Of a stretch of 64,000 nucleotides of DNA, positions 35,640 to 49,413 are shown piece by piece. The number at the start of each line of letters is the position of its first letter. The first letter of the stretch is position 1. The position numbers and the translations under genes are program-made. This DNA comes from Dipteris shenzhenensis (lineage: Eukaryota): assembly GCA_047967505.1 (NCBI GenBank), contig CM106538.1. One strand, written 5' to 3'. The notes under the pieces were generated by a model. The model did not search any database. It saw only the letters and a program-made list of their open reading frames with translations, and was not told where the DNA came from.

Positions 35640-36550
35640 ATGAACTAACACTACTATACTACAAGCACTTGCTTAGCAGTCATGACTACTAGTACCTAGC
35701 AATGTACTAGTGCTTACCAGTCATGATTGTTAGTACTTAGCAATGTCAGTAGTAATACAGCAATGCTTATCCCTTATTAGCAGTACTAAGTGCTCTGCCA
35801 GTAGCTAGCAATGCTAGTTCTTAGTAGTGTTATAAGTGTTATACTAGTAGTAACGCTTGCGGTGTTAGAATAACAATAATAAGTGCTCTACTAGTAGGTA
35901 GTAATTCTAGGTCTTAGCAATGTCATACTACTACTGTTATACTAGTAGTGTTATACCAATGCTAGTAGTGTAGGTTATACTAGTGTTATACCAATGTTAT
36001 ACCTATGCTAGTAGTGTATGATATGATAGTGCTACCTTAGTAGTTAGCAATGAACTACTACTTGGCAATGATAGCACATAACAAGTCTAGTACTATGGTG
36101 TTACCATTGCTTATCCTTAAACTAGTTCCATAGTATTTCTTGTGGTGTTATAATAGTAATAGCAAGTGCTCTGCTCATAGTTAGTGATGCTAGGTCTTAC
36201 TAGTATAACATTAGTAGTGTTGTTCTACTAGTGTTATACTAGTGTTGTTATACCAATGCTAGTATTGTATTCTATACTAGTGCTAGCTTCATAGTTAGCA
36301 ATGCTATTACTAGGCAATGGTAGTGCATAGCAAGTTTAGTATTTAGTAGTGTTGTACTTGTGGTGCTAGCACTGCTCATCCTTGAACCAGTTCCATGATA
36401 CTAGTTGTGGTGTTAGAATTTCAATAACAAGTGCTTTCCTAGTAATTAGCATTGCCAAGTCTTAGTAGTGTTATCCTAATAATGTTATACTATTGCTAGT
36501 AGTGTACGCTATACTAGTACACATCAATGCTAATGTTTAGCAATCCTAGT
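35640..36550. repeat. Degenerate TAG/AGT-rich satellite-like tract (~270-280 bp higher-order period)
   Basis: g(c/t)ggtgtta.aat...aagtgct...gtctta recurs at ~35859, ~36142 and ~36407; many ctagtagtgttata and tagcaatg subunits. Confidence 0.7.
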
Positions 36551-38419
36551 ACATAGCTATTCTTTAAGGAGTTTGGATGCTAGCAAGGGGTTTAAGCTTA
36601 GGAAAGGTTGATTGATGAAGATTTCAACTATTGGCAAGCGTTGGAATCGCAGGCACCATTGATGGCATCTTAGAATGGGAATTCAAGATAGAGAAGGAAA
36701 GAGGAATAGGAAACTCCTTATGTGAAGAGCATTTTTTAGTAGAATTATGATAAAAGAGGAAGAGGAAACTGCTTATGTGAAGAACATGTTTTCGTGGTAA
36801 TTATCCTATTAAGAATACACATGCAAGCTACGTATGAGTTTTTCCTTGAGAAATTTGTGTTAATCTATGGTTGGTGGTCTGGTATATGCATGACAAAATA
36901 GGAATAGATGAAAAGTGGTGGGAAGTCTTGCAAGGCACAACAAAGAGAGGAGGTGGATGAGGCAAATGGAAGTTCCTAGATCACCATGATTTTCAGGATG
37001 AGAAGACTACTTGCAACCGATTCCAAGCTATTATCCTCCATTGAAAGCATGAATTCATTGAATTGGTGAGGCAAAAATTGTTCAAGGCATGGTCCTTGAG
37101 TTCTCCAAGAAGGAATGAAGTCCCCTTTTGGCAATTTCAAGCACATCTAATTTGCAATTGAGAGAACCCCCCTTAACGGTGTGTTCAAGGTACCACTAAC
37201 ATCCTTCAGGGGTAGATTAGAGGAGATTTGTGTGCCCAATTGGAGCTACTACAGCAAAATCTTTAACAGATTTCTAACACATGAAGCTAAATCCAAAGCT
37301 ATAGAGTAGATGCTTCTAAGATCCCAACACATAATCAAAGCTATCTGAACTGAAAATTCAAACAAACAGACATGCACAAATATTCAGTATGTTTCAGTGC
37401 AAAGGGCTTAGTGGCCAAAATTTGTGTTTCACCTTCATAAGCAGTGTGGTTGAGCATGTAAAATTGTTTTAAGCTTGGCTTGGTGCTTAAGATAATTGTT
37501 TCACCTAAATGTCTATGAACTTGACACATAATTTTGGATGTCATTCAAAGATTCACCGGAGTGACCAAACACGCCATCTACCACAATTCTATCCATGTGA
37601 AACTTACAAACTCATCCAATTGATCACTCATTTCTAAGGACTTTATGCACTGCTATAAACTCCCTCTCTTTCTCCCATCTCTCTTTTTTTCTATCCTTTT
37701 CTTGCCATACTTTTGCTATACTGTGGGGCTTGCCGACCTGAAAAACCATACTTATCATGCTTTGCCTTCTTCCCTCTACTTAGGAAGTAGTAGTGTCTGC
37801 TTTCGTAAAAAGAGTAATGGGATGAGGGTAGCAATGGGCACACACCTCAACAAAGAAAAGAGGAGAGAGGTTGAAGAGCATGAAACAGGGACTACATATA
37901 TCATCTCAATTCATTAAGGTTTTATGCTAGAGACATTTTTATCAATTAGCATTCCTATGTAGCATGACGTAGTGGTGCTTGCATGCTTTAAGATCATCAC
38001 ACTAGCCAATAGCAAGACTCCCCAAGAGCCCCAAAACAAGGAGATGTTACTTGATGTGGATGGCTCAGAGAAATGCAAGATACCTTTCTACAAGATCTCC
38101 TATGATATTAATGGCAAGCCATAAAATACACACTTAACCAATCAATGTCATCTTCTTGCTTCCTAAGGTGTGGGACAAATGTAGGTGTCCATGCTTCCTT
38201 GCTCAACCTATACAAATATTGCAGCCCACAAGCTTTTCCTTTGCCCACAGCAAGATTCAAAAGGGCAATTAGTGTATGGACGATGTGTGAGAGAAAAATA
38301 GACTTTAGAGCAGGGGGAGCTTGCGAATCATGTATTTTCAGAAGTCGCACTTGAGGTTAGGTTGGGAGCCTAATTGAGATGTCCTTAGGGAAGAAGAAGA
38401 AGAAGAAGATTGCTTGAGT

Positions 38420-39747
38420 GACATCTTAGGCTTTCTACCCCCTTTTCTATGTCTAACCAAAGGCTTCCAATCCTTAGTCTACAACTTGAGCTCCATACAA
38501 GCAACAGTAAGAATCAACCCTTTGTTGATCGATCCGATTAAATCCCATCTTAGTGCCCTCTCTCACATGGGCAAGAGTTATATATGGTTCAATGTAAATT
38601 GTAAAAGGCTTTAAATCGCCTCTAATGTAGGCATTGCTACTGTACGTCACAAATCACTACATCAAAGCCTCAATAGCTAGCATTAAACTTGGGCTCTTAG
38701 CTCAAATCCTTGAGCAAAAAAGAATCCAAACATTTGTTCCGAGCAAGCCCTTCGGTCTATACTATCCTTATTTCTAAGGTTGTGATGGAAGAGGGAAGTG
38801 AGAGGAATTTGTGATAGGTGAAAATGTGTGGTGAGTTGGGTGGCATCGATAGAACAATGACTACAAGTAATTGGTGGATTCTTAGCCACCAATGGATGTG
38901 TAATCATGTGACCATTTCTATAAGAAGACCTTTAGGTGACCACAATAGAGTGAAAACAAGATTATGTGGTACACTTTTTTTAAATACTTCAAAAAAGCAC
39001 TACAATACTTTGGAGAGGAGAGGAGAGGGGAGGTAAGGCAACAACTGTGAGGCGAGGGGAGTTAAGGTCGGCTAAGGTAAGGGGGTTGCACAAGTAACTA
39101 TAAGCATAAGGTAAATCAAGAGACAGGTAGAGAGCAGGGGCTGGCAAGATATCTAGGAAGAGGAGAGAAAGTAGAGAGGGGGAGAAAGGAGCCTAAGTAC
39201 TATTGTGCCAAGGGAAAAACAAAAGAGGTTAGAGGTGGTGATGAGCTTTAAGGTTTATTAGGGATAGAGTGTTTGAGAAAATACTTCACATTAGTTTAGC
39301 ATAAAAGGCCATACGTTCAGTGGGCGAAAAAATCAAGTGGTGATAAGAAGCATGTAACATCTATAGAGACTTTGTATTTGTTTTTGAAGGACACACTTAT
39401 GTTTTGAGAGGAGGTGCATGCTGAAACCGGTTTTGGTAGCTCCCTGGACATTATCGATGGGGGATGGGGAGTCTAGGTCCAAATTGTGGATGAGGTTTTT
39501 TGTATTTCATTCTCCCTTCCTCTTTTTCTCCTCTCAGCTATCCTTTCTTGCTTTGCCTTCTTTCTTTGTTCCCTTCAACCTGCTTTGTGCCGTTCCTTCG
39601 CTTCGCATTTCCTTTCGACCATGGTTTCTTGATCTCTTTGCTGTTTAGCAACCTGGTCCACTGCGTCTTTGTCTACTACCTCCTTTTCTACTATCTCTTA
39701 CTGTGATATACACTTTGTTGTCAATTTTGTTGCCTGACTCCTATGTA
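38420..39747 (+). repeat. Long direct repeat copy 1 (probable truncated LTR of a Gypsy-like element)
   Basis: Aligns with 46749-48189 and lacks ~100 bp present at ~47447-47550. Confidence 0.85.
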
Positions 39748-41530
39748 TCATCAGCTTGGAGGAGTGAATGATTTTAAAAACATGGTTGATGCTGCACAAA
39801 GAGCAGAACGAAGACTTGGCACAAAGTCACAGTCTAAAAAACAAAAGAAGAAAAGGCATTTCGGCTCTGACACAGATTTTGAAACAGAAACAAATACTGA
39901 TGTAGAAGATGAGGAAAGTGATGCTACAGAAGACGACACATTAGATGACGAGAGTGAAGAGGAAGAGACCTCAAAGAAAAAGAAAAAATAGAGCAAAAAC
40001 AAAGAAAAACCTAAAGGGAAGAAGAAAAGAGATAAGCTCTCTAAGTTAAAGCAAATGATTAAGGAGCAATTGGAAACTTTAAAAACACCCCTGCCTAAAA
40101 TTGGGAAGGACAATCATGAGAAAGAAAGATGCTGGTATAATCCAAATTACAGAAGGGGGAGAGTTCCTTCTCATGTACAAAACTCAAACAACCAACCCCC
40201 ACCTGTGGTAACTAATTAGATTGCAGTAGGTAGGCAAGGACAGCAAAGATTCAATAATGCACAACCAAGAAGACCTAATCAACAGAATTGGGGAAATCAA
40301 CAACGACAAAACCAAGATCAAGCTTGCACATATTGTGGCATGGAAGGCCATAGACAAGGTCCTCATTGTGAGCTTTGGTGCAAGCACAGAGGAGAAAGAG
40401 GAATCCCCATCATCAACTATAATGCAAGAGGTAACCAGAATTATCAGCAACAGCCACCATCAGGTGTTCATATGGTGTACTTGGATCCGATAAATGAGGA
40501 TTACATTCAACAATCTCAAAGAAGTAAGGGTAAGATACATGCACTGGAAGTGACCAGATCTAAAGGTACAAAGCCCATGCCCGACCTTGGAGATGCACCA
40601 AGAATGACAACAAAACCAATGAACTAGCCCAATCAGGCACATGTCAGAAATCAAGCTCTACAGCAAATACTTGACAATAATGCAGTAACAGAAGCAAGAA
40701 CATCCTAGCTCCCAAACAAGGGTAAGGCCCAGCTCGACCTCGGACAACTCCAAAAACATTCCGACAGTTTTCCAATAGAAAATGTTCGACATCGAACTAC
40801 AGCTAATTAACATTAGCATGGCAACATACAACCACTTTACAACGTGGTTGGAAGAAATGAAGGTATAATTTTTTTCTACAGTTGGATCGAATGGGTGTAG
40901 CCCATTCAAACTTGAACATTGAGAATCTATTACTCAAGGAGTGGATAAATGCCTTAGAAGGGGTTGATCAAAAGCTCAGGGAAATGGTAGAGGAGGTTGA
41001 TGGTATTTTCTTAAGCTCCTCTGATCTCACAGATATGAAGACGGAGCTGGCAAAGACATCTCAGGACCTGTGGTCCAATCTTTAAAAAATCTTGTTTGTT
41101 ATTGCACGATGACCTTATGAGGCATTTGCATCTGCTGCTTACGCCTATGAAATCATGGCACATGAATTGGAAACCCTCAAAGTTGCAGCACAAAGTGCCA
41201 AACAGAATCAGATGCCACTCGATGTTGAGACAGAAATTTTTGAGTTGACACCAGAGCCTAGGAAGCCAAAGCAAATAGAGCAAGGCCACTCCATATAGTT
41301 GTCTGCAAGCATGCTACTTTCAAGGATGAAAAATATCAGGATATAGAATTCATAGCTACCACCAACCAGGCCTTAACCCCTACTGTGCAGATTTGGAAGA
41401 GGCAGAGACAAAACTTGAGGAGGACCCAGAGTTGGATGACACCTCCAGGGAAGATACAGAGGAAGCCGATTCCATTGCTGCTAAGGCAATAATAATTGAT
41501 CTGAACTCAACCCACACCATCAAGGTCCAT
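39748..41530 (+). mobile_element. Decayed Gypsy-like gag/internal sequence
   Basis: Acidic/basic gag-like stretches, WCKHRGERG, and VHMVYL...IHALEVTRSKG (xVTRS-type gag-protease linker), lying between the long direct repeats; no RT or integrase recognised. Confidence 0.45.
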
Positions 41531-41820
41531 CTGATGGACTATTTCTAGTAAGGGTTTGAGTCTTCCACTTTTTCCAAAAAGTTTTACCACCGGGAGTGCT
41601 AGAGGTGTTGAGGGTGACCTCTCCACCCACGTGGACTTTACCCAAGGCGGGTTAGTAGACCCCTAGTAAAGGAAAGCTACATTAGTGAGTAGTGGATAAT
41701 TTTGTAACTATAGGGACAGTTATAACTACCCCTTACAACCACTAGTAGTGGCCTTATCCACCACATCATGTTTTGAACTACTTCTATTTTTGACTGTTAC
41801 ACTTGACTAAAGTCGGATGA

Positions 41821-44800
41821 TGTTAAATTACATGGCACAGCTGAATAGAAACTGAACAAAGAATAGAGAGTACATAGCAAATTGGAGACAAACAAAATTT
41901 TCCTTCAATACTGATGTAGTACAGATGATGGCTCCGTCCACCTGTGTGCTCCCACAATGGAGCTTAGATGGCGATCTAGACAGATACTAGGTGAAGAGCT
42001 ACTAGCTGAAAGATCTTTGCTAGAAGATCTGGTCTGGCACAATGGACTGGGGAGGTCGCCTCTTTATCTCTATGGGGGCAGTAGTCAGATCAACGCATTT
42101 GGTGGAGCTGACCAGTCAACCTAGTCAGTGGAGCCGACCAATCAACCTAGTCGGTGGAACCGACTAGTCGTCCATGGAATATTCAGGGAATATTCCATAC
42201 ACCCCAGACCCCAGTGAGAGCAAGGGGCTCCCACACAATCAAGACAATGTGCCTCGTTGTGCTACCAGCTTACCTACCTTGCCTAGCCCATAGGCGAGAC
42301 TCACATAGATTACCTTTCTACCATCAACGGTCTCATTGATAGACCTTATCTGACGTGCAAGTCAGGATCCATCCAGTGTCTCGCACTCACACATGGCTTC
42401 TCCTCATATGGGGGCCTTACAACTTGAGCACCTTGGACCACTGGTGGTTACCAGGAGGGTGGGGCATTGAGCATATCTAACACCCCCCCTCAATGTCCAC
42501 CCGTAGGTGAACTACCTTCTCGGCCCAATGCTAAGTCTCTGAAGATGACCTTGAAGTTGATCCTTCCCGAGTGCCTTGGTGAAGATATCTACTCCATTTT
42601 GCTCTGTTGGACAGTAGACCAATTCCACTATCCCGTCCTAATCATGCACATAGTGATACTGAATCTCTATATGTTTTGTGCACGCATGAAACACTGAATT
42701 TTTAGCAATGGCCATGCAATTTTGATTGTCGTACCTCAGCATAGTTGCCTCATCCTCTTGTACTCCCATGTGCCATAAGATCCTCCTCAACCACACTACT
42801 TCACATGCAGCAAAACATCATGCCTTCTACTCAGCCTCGGTAGAAGACAATGCCATTGTTGGTTGTTTCTTACTGATCCAAGAGAAGATACCTGAACCTA
42901 AAGAGAAACAATATCTAAAAACTGATTTCCTGGAATCAACATCTCTAGCCCAAATCTGAGTCACAATGACTAGCCAAGGAAGTGCCCGTACCATAGGTGA
43001 TGCCATAATTAAGAGTACCCTTCACATACCTGAGCACCTGCATCCTTGCATTCCAATGATTCTCCCGAGGCTTATTGGAGAACTTGCTAAAAATGCCAAC
43101 AGCAAAACTGATGTCTGGTCTGGTGTTGCACAGATAGATGAGACTGCCGACCAACTTCCTGTACCTCCCGATGTCTACTAGTGGTGAGGCATCCTCCATA
43201 GACCGCCTCGCATTTACCTCCATAGGTGTAGCTATCTCCTTGCACTCGGACATACCAAATGCCTTCAAGATCTCCCTTGCATATTTCTACTGAGAGAGGA
43301 AGATCTTGCTTGGCTCTTGCCAGACTTCAATCCCCAAATAGTAGTGCATCAAGCCTAAGTCTGTCATCTCAAACTCCATGCTCAATGCCTTTCTAGTATG
43401 TTGGATCATGTCTTCATAGTCACCTATAATAAGGAGTTCATCCACATATAGAACAATAATAGCATATTTTTCACCTTTCCTATACACATACAAGTTGGCA
43501 TCTGAGGCACATCTTTTGAAGTTTAATTTATGAAAGAATTTGTCTATCCATTAGTACCATGCTCTTGGGGCCTGTTTCAGTCCATATAGAGCCTTCTGCA
43601 GCTTGCATACATTGTTCTCGGAATGGGGGGATATAGGCTTTCTTCTCATCACAATAGCCTAAGAAGATACATTTGGTGCTTTTTGGTTGTAGCTTGTTTC
43701 TCTCTTTGTCTGGTACATGCGCATAGCATTCACACCCAAATGTTCTGACATGGGAGACAGATGGCTTCTTATCGCTGTAAGCCTCATGTGGTGTTTTACC
43801 TTTGAGTTCCTTTGTATAGCTGCGATTAAGGATGTAAATCGCAGTATTGACAGCCTCAACCCAAAAGTGGTTTGGCAGTCCAGCAACTTTCAACATACAC
43901 CTCCCCATCTCCACGGTGGTCCGCATTTAGCGTTCAACAACCGAATTTTGCTGAGGCGTATGTGATATCTTCATTTGTCGCTTGATCCCTCTGCCCTTGC
44001 AAAAATCTCCAAACTTTGTAGAAACAAACTCACCACCACCATCCGATCTGATTTTCTTCACTTTTCTCCATGTTTCATTTTCAACAAGCTGTAGCAATTC
44101 TTTCAATTTACCAAAAGCTTGAGACTTTTCATGAAGAAAGTACACCCACATCTTCCTGCTATAGTCATCGACGATCGATAAAAAATAGGAAGATCCCCCT
44201 AAGGCCTGTGTAGGCATCTTATCGCACAAGTCAAGATGCACCAACTCTAGAGGAGTGTTTGTTCTATTTTTGCTTTCTTGTGGGAATGCCTTTCTCTATT
44301 GCTTGCCCATCATGCAAACTTCACATGGTTCTTTGATTTCTGCTACTACAGGTAAGTGAGCAACCATACCTTGCTTCTACATCTCCTTTAGCACTACAAA
44401 TCCAATGTGGCCGAATCTTTCGTGCCAAAGTCTGCTTGTGCCCACTACAGTGGTAGCTGTAAGAGCACTTAGCTCATACAGGTTGTTCCTCCTTACTCCT
44501 ATGCCAACAAGGTTGCCAGCACTATCCAGAATTTTTGCTCCTGTCTTGTTGAACCTCACCTCATGGTCAAGGTCAGTTATGGAAGCAACTGATAGCAAAT
44601 TTCTCTTGATTTTTGGAACATACAGCACATTAGATAGTTTCTTAACATCTCCATTTAAAGAAACAAATGAAACTGTACCTATACCCTCAATAGGGCATTT
44701 TGTGTTATTTCCAACCGTCACGGTGATGGGTTTCTGTAGAGGCTGCATGGAATAATATAGACTCTTCTTGCAAGTCATGTGACGGGAGGCACCACTATCC

Positions 44801-46515
44801 AACACCCATGAATCAGTGGTTGAAGCTTCTTCAACTGAGGAACACTCTTCCTCAATGGCCAGAAATAGATCCAACTTTGCTTCCACAGTGTTAGCTATCT
44901 CTTTCCCCTTATCTGTCTTCTTCAGGTTACCATTCTTTTCATCTACTTTCTTGACCCGACAATCTGTAATCACATGGCCCTTCTTCTTGCAGTAGAAGCA
45001 TTCTCCTTGAAACTTCTTGCTGCCCTTCTTCTTTTTGTCACCACTAGTAGAGGACTCACCTTTGGTGGAGGAACCACCTTTGCCTTTCGTAGTGGCAGAG
45101 AACGCAGCATCCCCATTGCCACCTCCATCTCGAGCTTTAAGCCTCAATTTCTCCTGCATAAGTAAAGCACAGAACTCCTCAAATGTTAATGGTTGGGGTC
45201 TCACCTGAGTGTTAAGCACTGTTACTAGTCCATCATACCTTGGTGGACATATGCGGAGACACCACCGAGCTAGCTCTTCGCTAGTCTTTTGTATCCCGGC
45301 ACCAGCCATCTGGTCACACAAATTTTTGATTCGGGTTATGAACGCCTCCGCTGTCTCTCCTTCATTAAACTTCTCAGCTGCGAGCTGATTCTCCAGGTTT
45401 CGAATCCTTGTTTGATTCCACGTCTCATACTGACTCTTCAATATGTTCCAGGCCACAGTTGCGTTAGATGTAAGCTGAATCAAGGTCAAAACACTATTAG
45501 TAGTACTTGTAACCACATAGAGCATCTGTGTTCTTGTGTTCCCAAGCTTGTAGAAGGTCAACATTAGGAGGTATCATTCTCCCCGGATTTGTTGGGTCGG
45601 GAGTTTCTTGTGGTTTTGGGTCAGTAGTCCCTAGTACTGTCTCCAAAAGCTCATATGAATCTAGAATAGCAGTAATTTTAAACTTCCACAGAGTGTAGTT
45701 CGTACCATCTAGCTTGCCTTCAGTGAAGGTTGGTGGGCGAATCCTCAACGCCTGGATTGTTGGTATTGTTGGTGCAGCTGCTGAACTCAAGCCGCTTCCT
45801 AATGCCATCACTCCGTATGCTGTTGAAGCCCTCACCTCTCTTCTACTCTTCAATCCTTAGAGCCGCCTCGGCTCTGATACCATGTTAAATTACACAGCGC
45901 ATCAGAACAAAAACTGAACAAAGAATAGAGAGTGCATAGCAAATTGGAGACGAACAAAATTTTCCTTCAATATTGTAGTACAAATGATGGCTCCGTCCAC
46001 CCGTGCACTCCCACAATGGAGCTTAGATGGCGATCTAGACATATATTAGGTGAAGAGCTACTAGCTGGAAGATCTCTGCTGGAAGATCTGATCTGTTACA
46101 ATGGACTGGCGAGGTCGCCTCTTTATAGCTATGGGGGTGGTAATCGGATCGACGTAGTCGGTGGAGCCGACCAGTCAACCTAGTTGGTGGAACCGACTAG
46201 TCGTCCATGGAATATTCAAGGAATATTCCCTATATCCCAAACCCCAACGAGAGCAAGGGGCTCCCACACAATCAAGACAATGTACCTCGTTGTGCTACCA
46301 ACTTACCTACCTTGCCTAGCCCATAGGCGAGACTCACATAGATTACCTTTCTACCATCAACGGTCTCATTGATAGACCTTATCTGACGTGCAAGTCAGGA
46401 TCCATCCAGTGTCTCGCACTCACACATGGCTTCTCCTCATATGGGGGCCTTACAACTTGAGCACCTTGGACCATTGGTGGTAACCAGGAGGGTGGGGCAT
46501 TGAGCATATCTAACA
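41821..46515 (-). mobile_element. Ty1/Copia LTR retrotransposon with both LTRs and TSD, internally deleted and non-autonomous
   Basis: LTRs 41821-42482 and 45883-46515 (TG...CA); TSD GATGA at 41816-41820 and 46516-46520; PBS ggctctgatacca at 45870-45882; PPT ccccccct at 42483-42490. Confidence 0.97.
42540..45808 (-). pseudogene. Copia gag-pol (gag, CCHC, protease, GAG-pre-integrase, integrase, partial RT, RNase H)
   Basis: KLDGTNYTLWKFKI; CFYCKKKGHVITDC; WVLDSGASRHM; LWHERFGH; VHLDLC...IVDDYSR...IRSDGGGEF...TPQQNSVVER; KCIFLGY; LYVDELL; YRKLVGSLIYLCNTRPDI. Frameshifts and stops are present, and N-terminal RT is deleted at ~43625. Confidence 0.95.
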
Positions 46516-46748
46516 GATGATGTTATAAGCTGATCTTCATCTCATGTATCAAGGTTGTTGTGATCTGTTAGAATACAAACTGTTAGCAACATTTCCACTC
46601 TATAAGCAGTTGTCTTATTCTTTGTATGTTTTATGCTATCTTTTCATCTTTCCAACATTAGTCAGACTTAAGTCCGGACCCTAGCACTTCCATTGCCAGG
46701 CGTGGATATGTGTAGGTGTTTTCCAGTCTTTTGGAAACACCACCAACA

Positions 46749-48244
46749 GACATCTTAGGCTTTCTCCCCCCTTTGCTGTCTCTAATACCAAAGGCTTCCA
46801 ATCCCTATTCTGCAGCTCGAGCTCCATACGAGCAACAATAAGAATCAACCCTTCATCGATGTACCCGATTAAATCGCATCTCAATGTCCTCTCTCGCACG
46901 TGCAAGAGTTATATATGGTTCAATGTAAATTGCAAAAGTCTTTAAATTGCCTCTAATGTAGGGATTGCTACTGTACGTCACAAATCACTGCATCAAAGCC
47001 TCAATAGCTAGCATTAAACTTGAGCTTCTAGCTCAAATCCTTGAGCAAAAAGGAATCCAAACATTCGTTCCGAGCGAGCCCTGCGGTCTATGCTATCCTT
47101 ATTTCTAAGGTTGTGATAGGAAGAGGGAAGCGAGAGGAATTTGTGATAGGTGAGAATGTGTGGTGAGTTGGGTGGCATATAGGTTTAACAGAGCATCAAT
47201 AGAACAATGACAACGAGGAATCAGTGGATTCTTAGCCAGTGAAGGATGTGTACTCATGTGACCATTTCTGCAAGAAGACCTTTTAGTGACCACAATAGAG
47301 TGAAAACAAGATTATGTGGTACACGTTTTTTAAATACTTCAGAAAAAAACTATAATACTTTGGAGAGGAGAGGGGAGGTGAGGCAACAACTATGAGGCGA
47401 GGGGAGTTAAGGTCAACTAAGGTAAGGGGGCTGCACAAGTAGCTATGGGGAGAAGGTGAGGAGGACTAAGAGAGTAGCTTCTATAAGGAGGAGGTGAAGG
47501 TTATGAAGGGAGAGAGTCTAGAGGGAGGGTAGGAGACCTTGAAATTGTGAGGGGAATTAAGAGACAGGTAGAGAGCAGGGGCTGGCAGGATATCTAAGAA
47601 GAGGAGAGAAAGTAGAGAGGGGTAGAAAGGAGCCTAAGTACTATTGTGCCAAGGGAAAAACAAAAGAGGTCAAAGGTGGTGATGAGCTTTAAGGTTCATT
47701 AAGGATAGAGTGTTTGAGAAAATAGTTCACGTTAGTTTAGCATACAAGGCCATATGTTCAGTGGTCAAAAAAATTAAGTGGTGATAAGAAGCATGTAACA
47801 TCTATAGAGACTTTGTATTTGTTTTTGAAGGACACACTTACAATTTTGAGAGGAGGTGCATGCTAGAACGGGTTGTGGTAGCTCCCTGGACATTATCAAT
47901 GGGGGATGGGGAGTCTAGGTCCAAATTGTGGATGAGGTTTTTTGTACCTTATTCTCCCTTCCTCTTTTACTCCTCTCGGCTATCCTTTCTTGCTTTGCCT
48001 TCTTTCTTTGTTCCCTTCAACCTGCTTTGTGCCTTTCCTTCGCTTTGCATTTCCTTTCGACCATGGTTTCTTGATCTCTTTACTTTTTAGCAGCTTGGTC
48101 CACTGCCTCTTTGTCTAGTACCTCCTTTTCTACTATCTCTTACTGTGATATACGCTCTGTTGTCAATTTTGTTGCTTGACTCCTCTGTACTTCCTTTGCA
48201 GAACTGGATGCACGTGACTGGCCTGTTTTTCACTTAAGGCATCA
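46749..48244 (+). repeat. Long direct repeat copy 2 (probable Gypsy-like LTR, possibly ending ...GGCATCA at 48244)
   Basis: Aligns with 38420-39747 up to 48189; the LTR-like CA end is tentative. Confidence 0.8.
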
Positions 48245-48756
48245 TACGGTAATTTTCACAAAATCCCACTGTATGGCCTCATACGTATCAACATACTCGT
48301 TGCATTCATTTCGATGATAAAACCGAATACATGGGGGGGGGGGCACCCATGTAAAAACCCATATAGCATTTGTGATCAAGGGCTATTAAAAACAACCCCT
48401 ACCTATCAAATTTTTCATTGGACATGCCAAATAATAGATGAGGGGCATTATTACCCAAGGGTTTTCACGAGTTGCCTTGTAGAAGTCCTTGATCTGCCTT
48501 AAAGAATATGCTACCCACCATTTGACCTACTGGTTGCCATATAGATTGACAAGCAAATGTGCTAGCGCCTATTGGGGGTGCTTAGTCACTTAAAATGAGC
48601 ACACACACAAGTAGTAGAGCATGTGCATGTACACATATGGGATGCCCACAAATATGTGTGGTAACTTCGTCAAACACATGCATGTACACCCACACAAAAG
48701 TAGACATAGATGCAAGCTCTTTCCAAGTTCACTAACATGACTCATGAACACACATG

Positions 48757-48759
<3 letters not shown>

Positions 48760-48817
<58 letters not shown>
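48760..48817. repeat. (AG)n microsatellite
   Basis: Perfect dinucleotide run. Confidence 0.98.
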
Positions 48818-48818
<1 letters not shown>

Positions 48819-49047
48819 CAAAAGACCTTACGAGTCTATGAGACAAAATACATATCCCAAAAAGTTCCTTACTACATCTAGATAACCAATAAAACGAGGG
48901 AGTGCACAAAGCTCAACTCCTGTTGATTTATTATAGGGCATAACTACATCATTGTACTATCATAAGTTGGCCTCCATAACATCAATTTTAGACTAAAAAC
49001 TGTTTTTCCAACTAAAGGCAATATCAAGGCTTAATTTGTGTACCTAA

Positions 49048-49050
<3 letters not shown>

Positions 49051-49085
<35 letters not shown>
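49051..49085. repeat. (CT)n microsatellite
   Basis: Perfect dinucleotide run. Confidence 0.97.
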
Positions 49086-49087
<2 letters not shown>

Positions 49088-49413
49088 GCGACATTTATTC
49101 TTGAAATTGTTTAACATGGTACCATGTTTTGATATATGGCTATCACATGACGAAGACGGGTCATGCTACTCCAACTATATAGTAATTAGTTATCCACGAC
49201 ATTTAGCATTCTACTCCATAGATGAAGATTCAAGAGAAATGCACCGAATAGATATTTGTTTCATAAGTGGAGAAAGAACCAAAAAAAGGAAGTTTCAAGC
49301 AAAGGATCATAGCACCAATTCCAAAACATAAGGCATTTAATGCTATGCAATTGATTGAGGATCTATGCTAAAGCATGGGATACTCCTTCAATTATTTTAT
49401 GACCCACTCTTAC

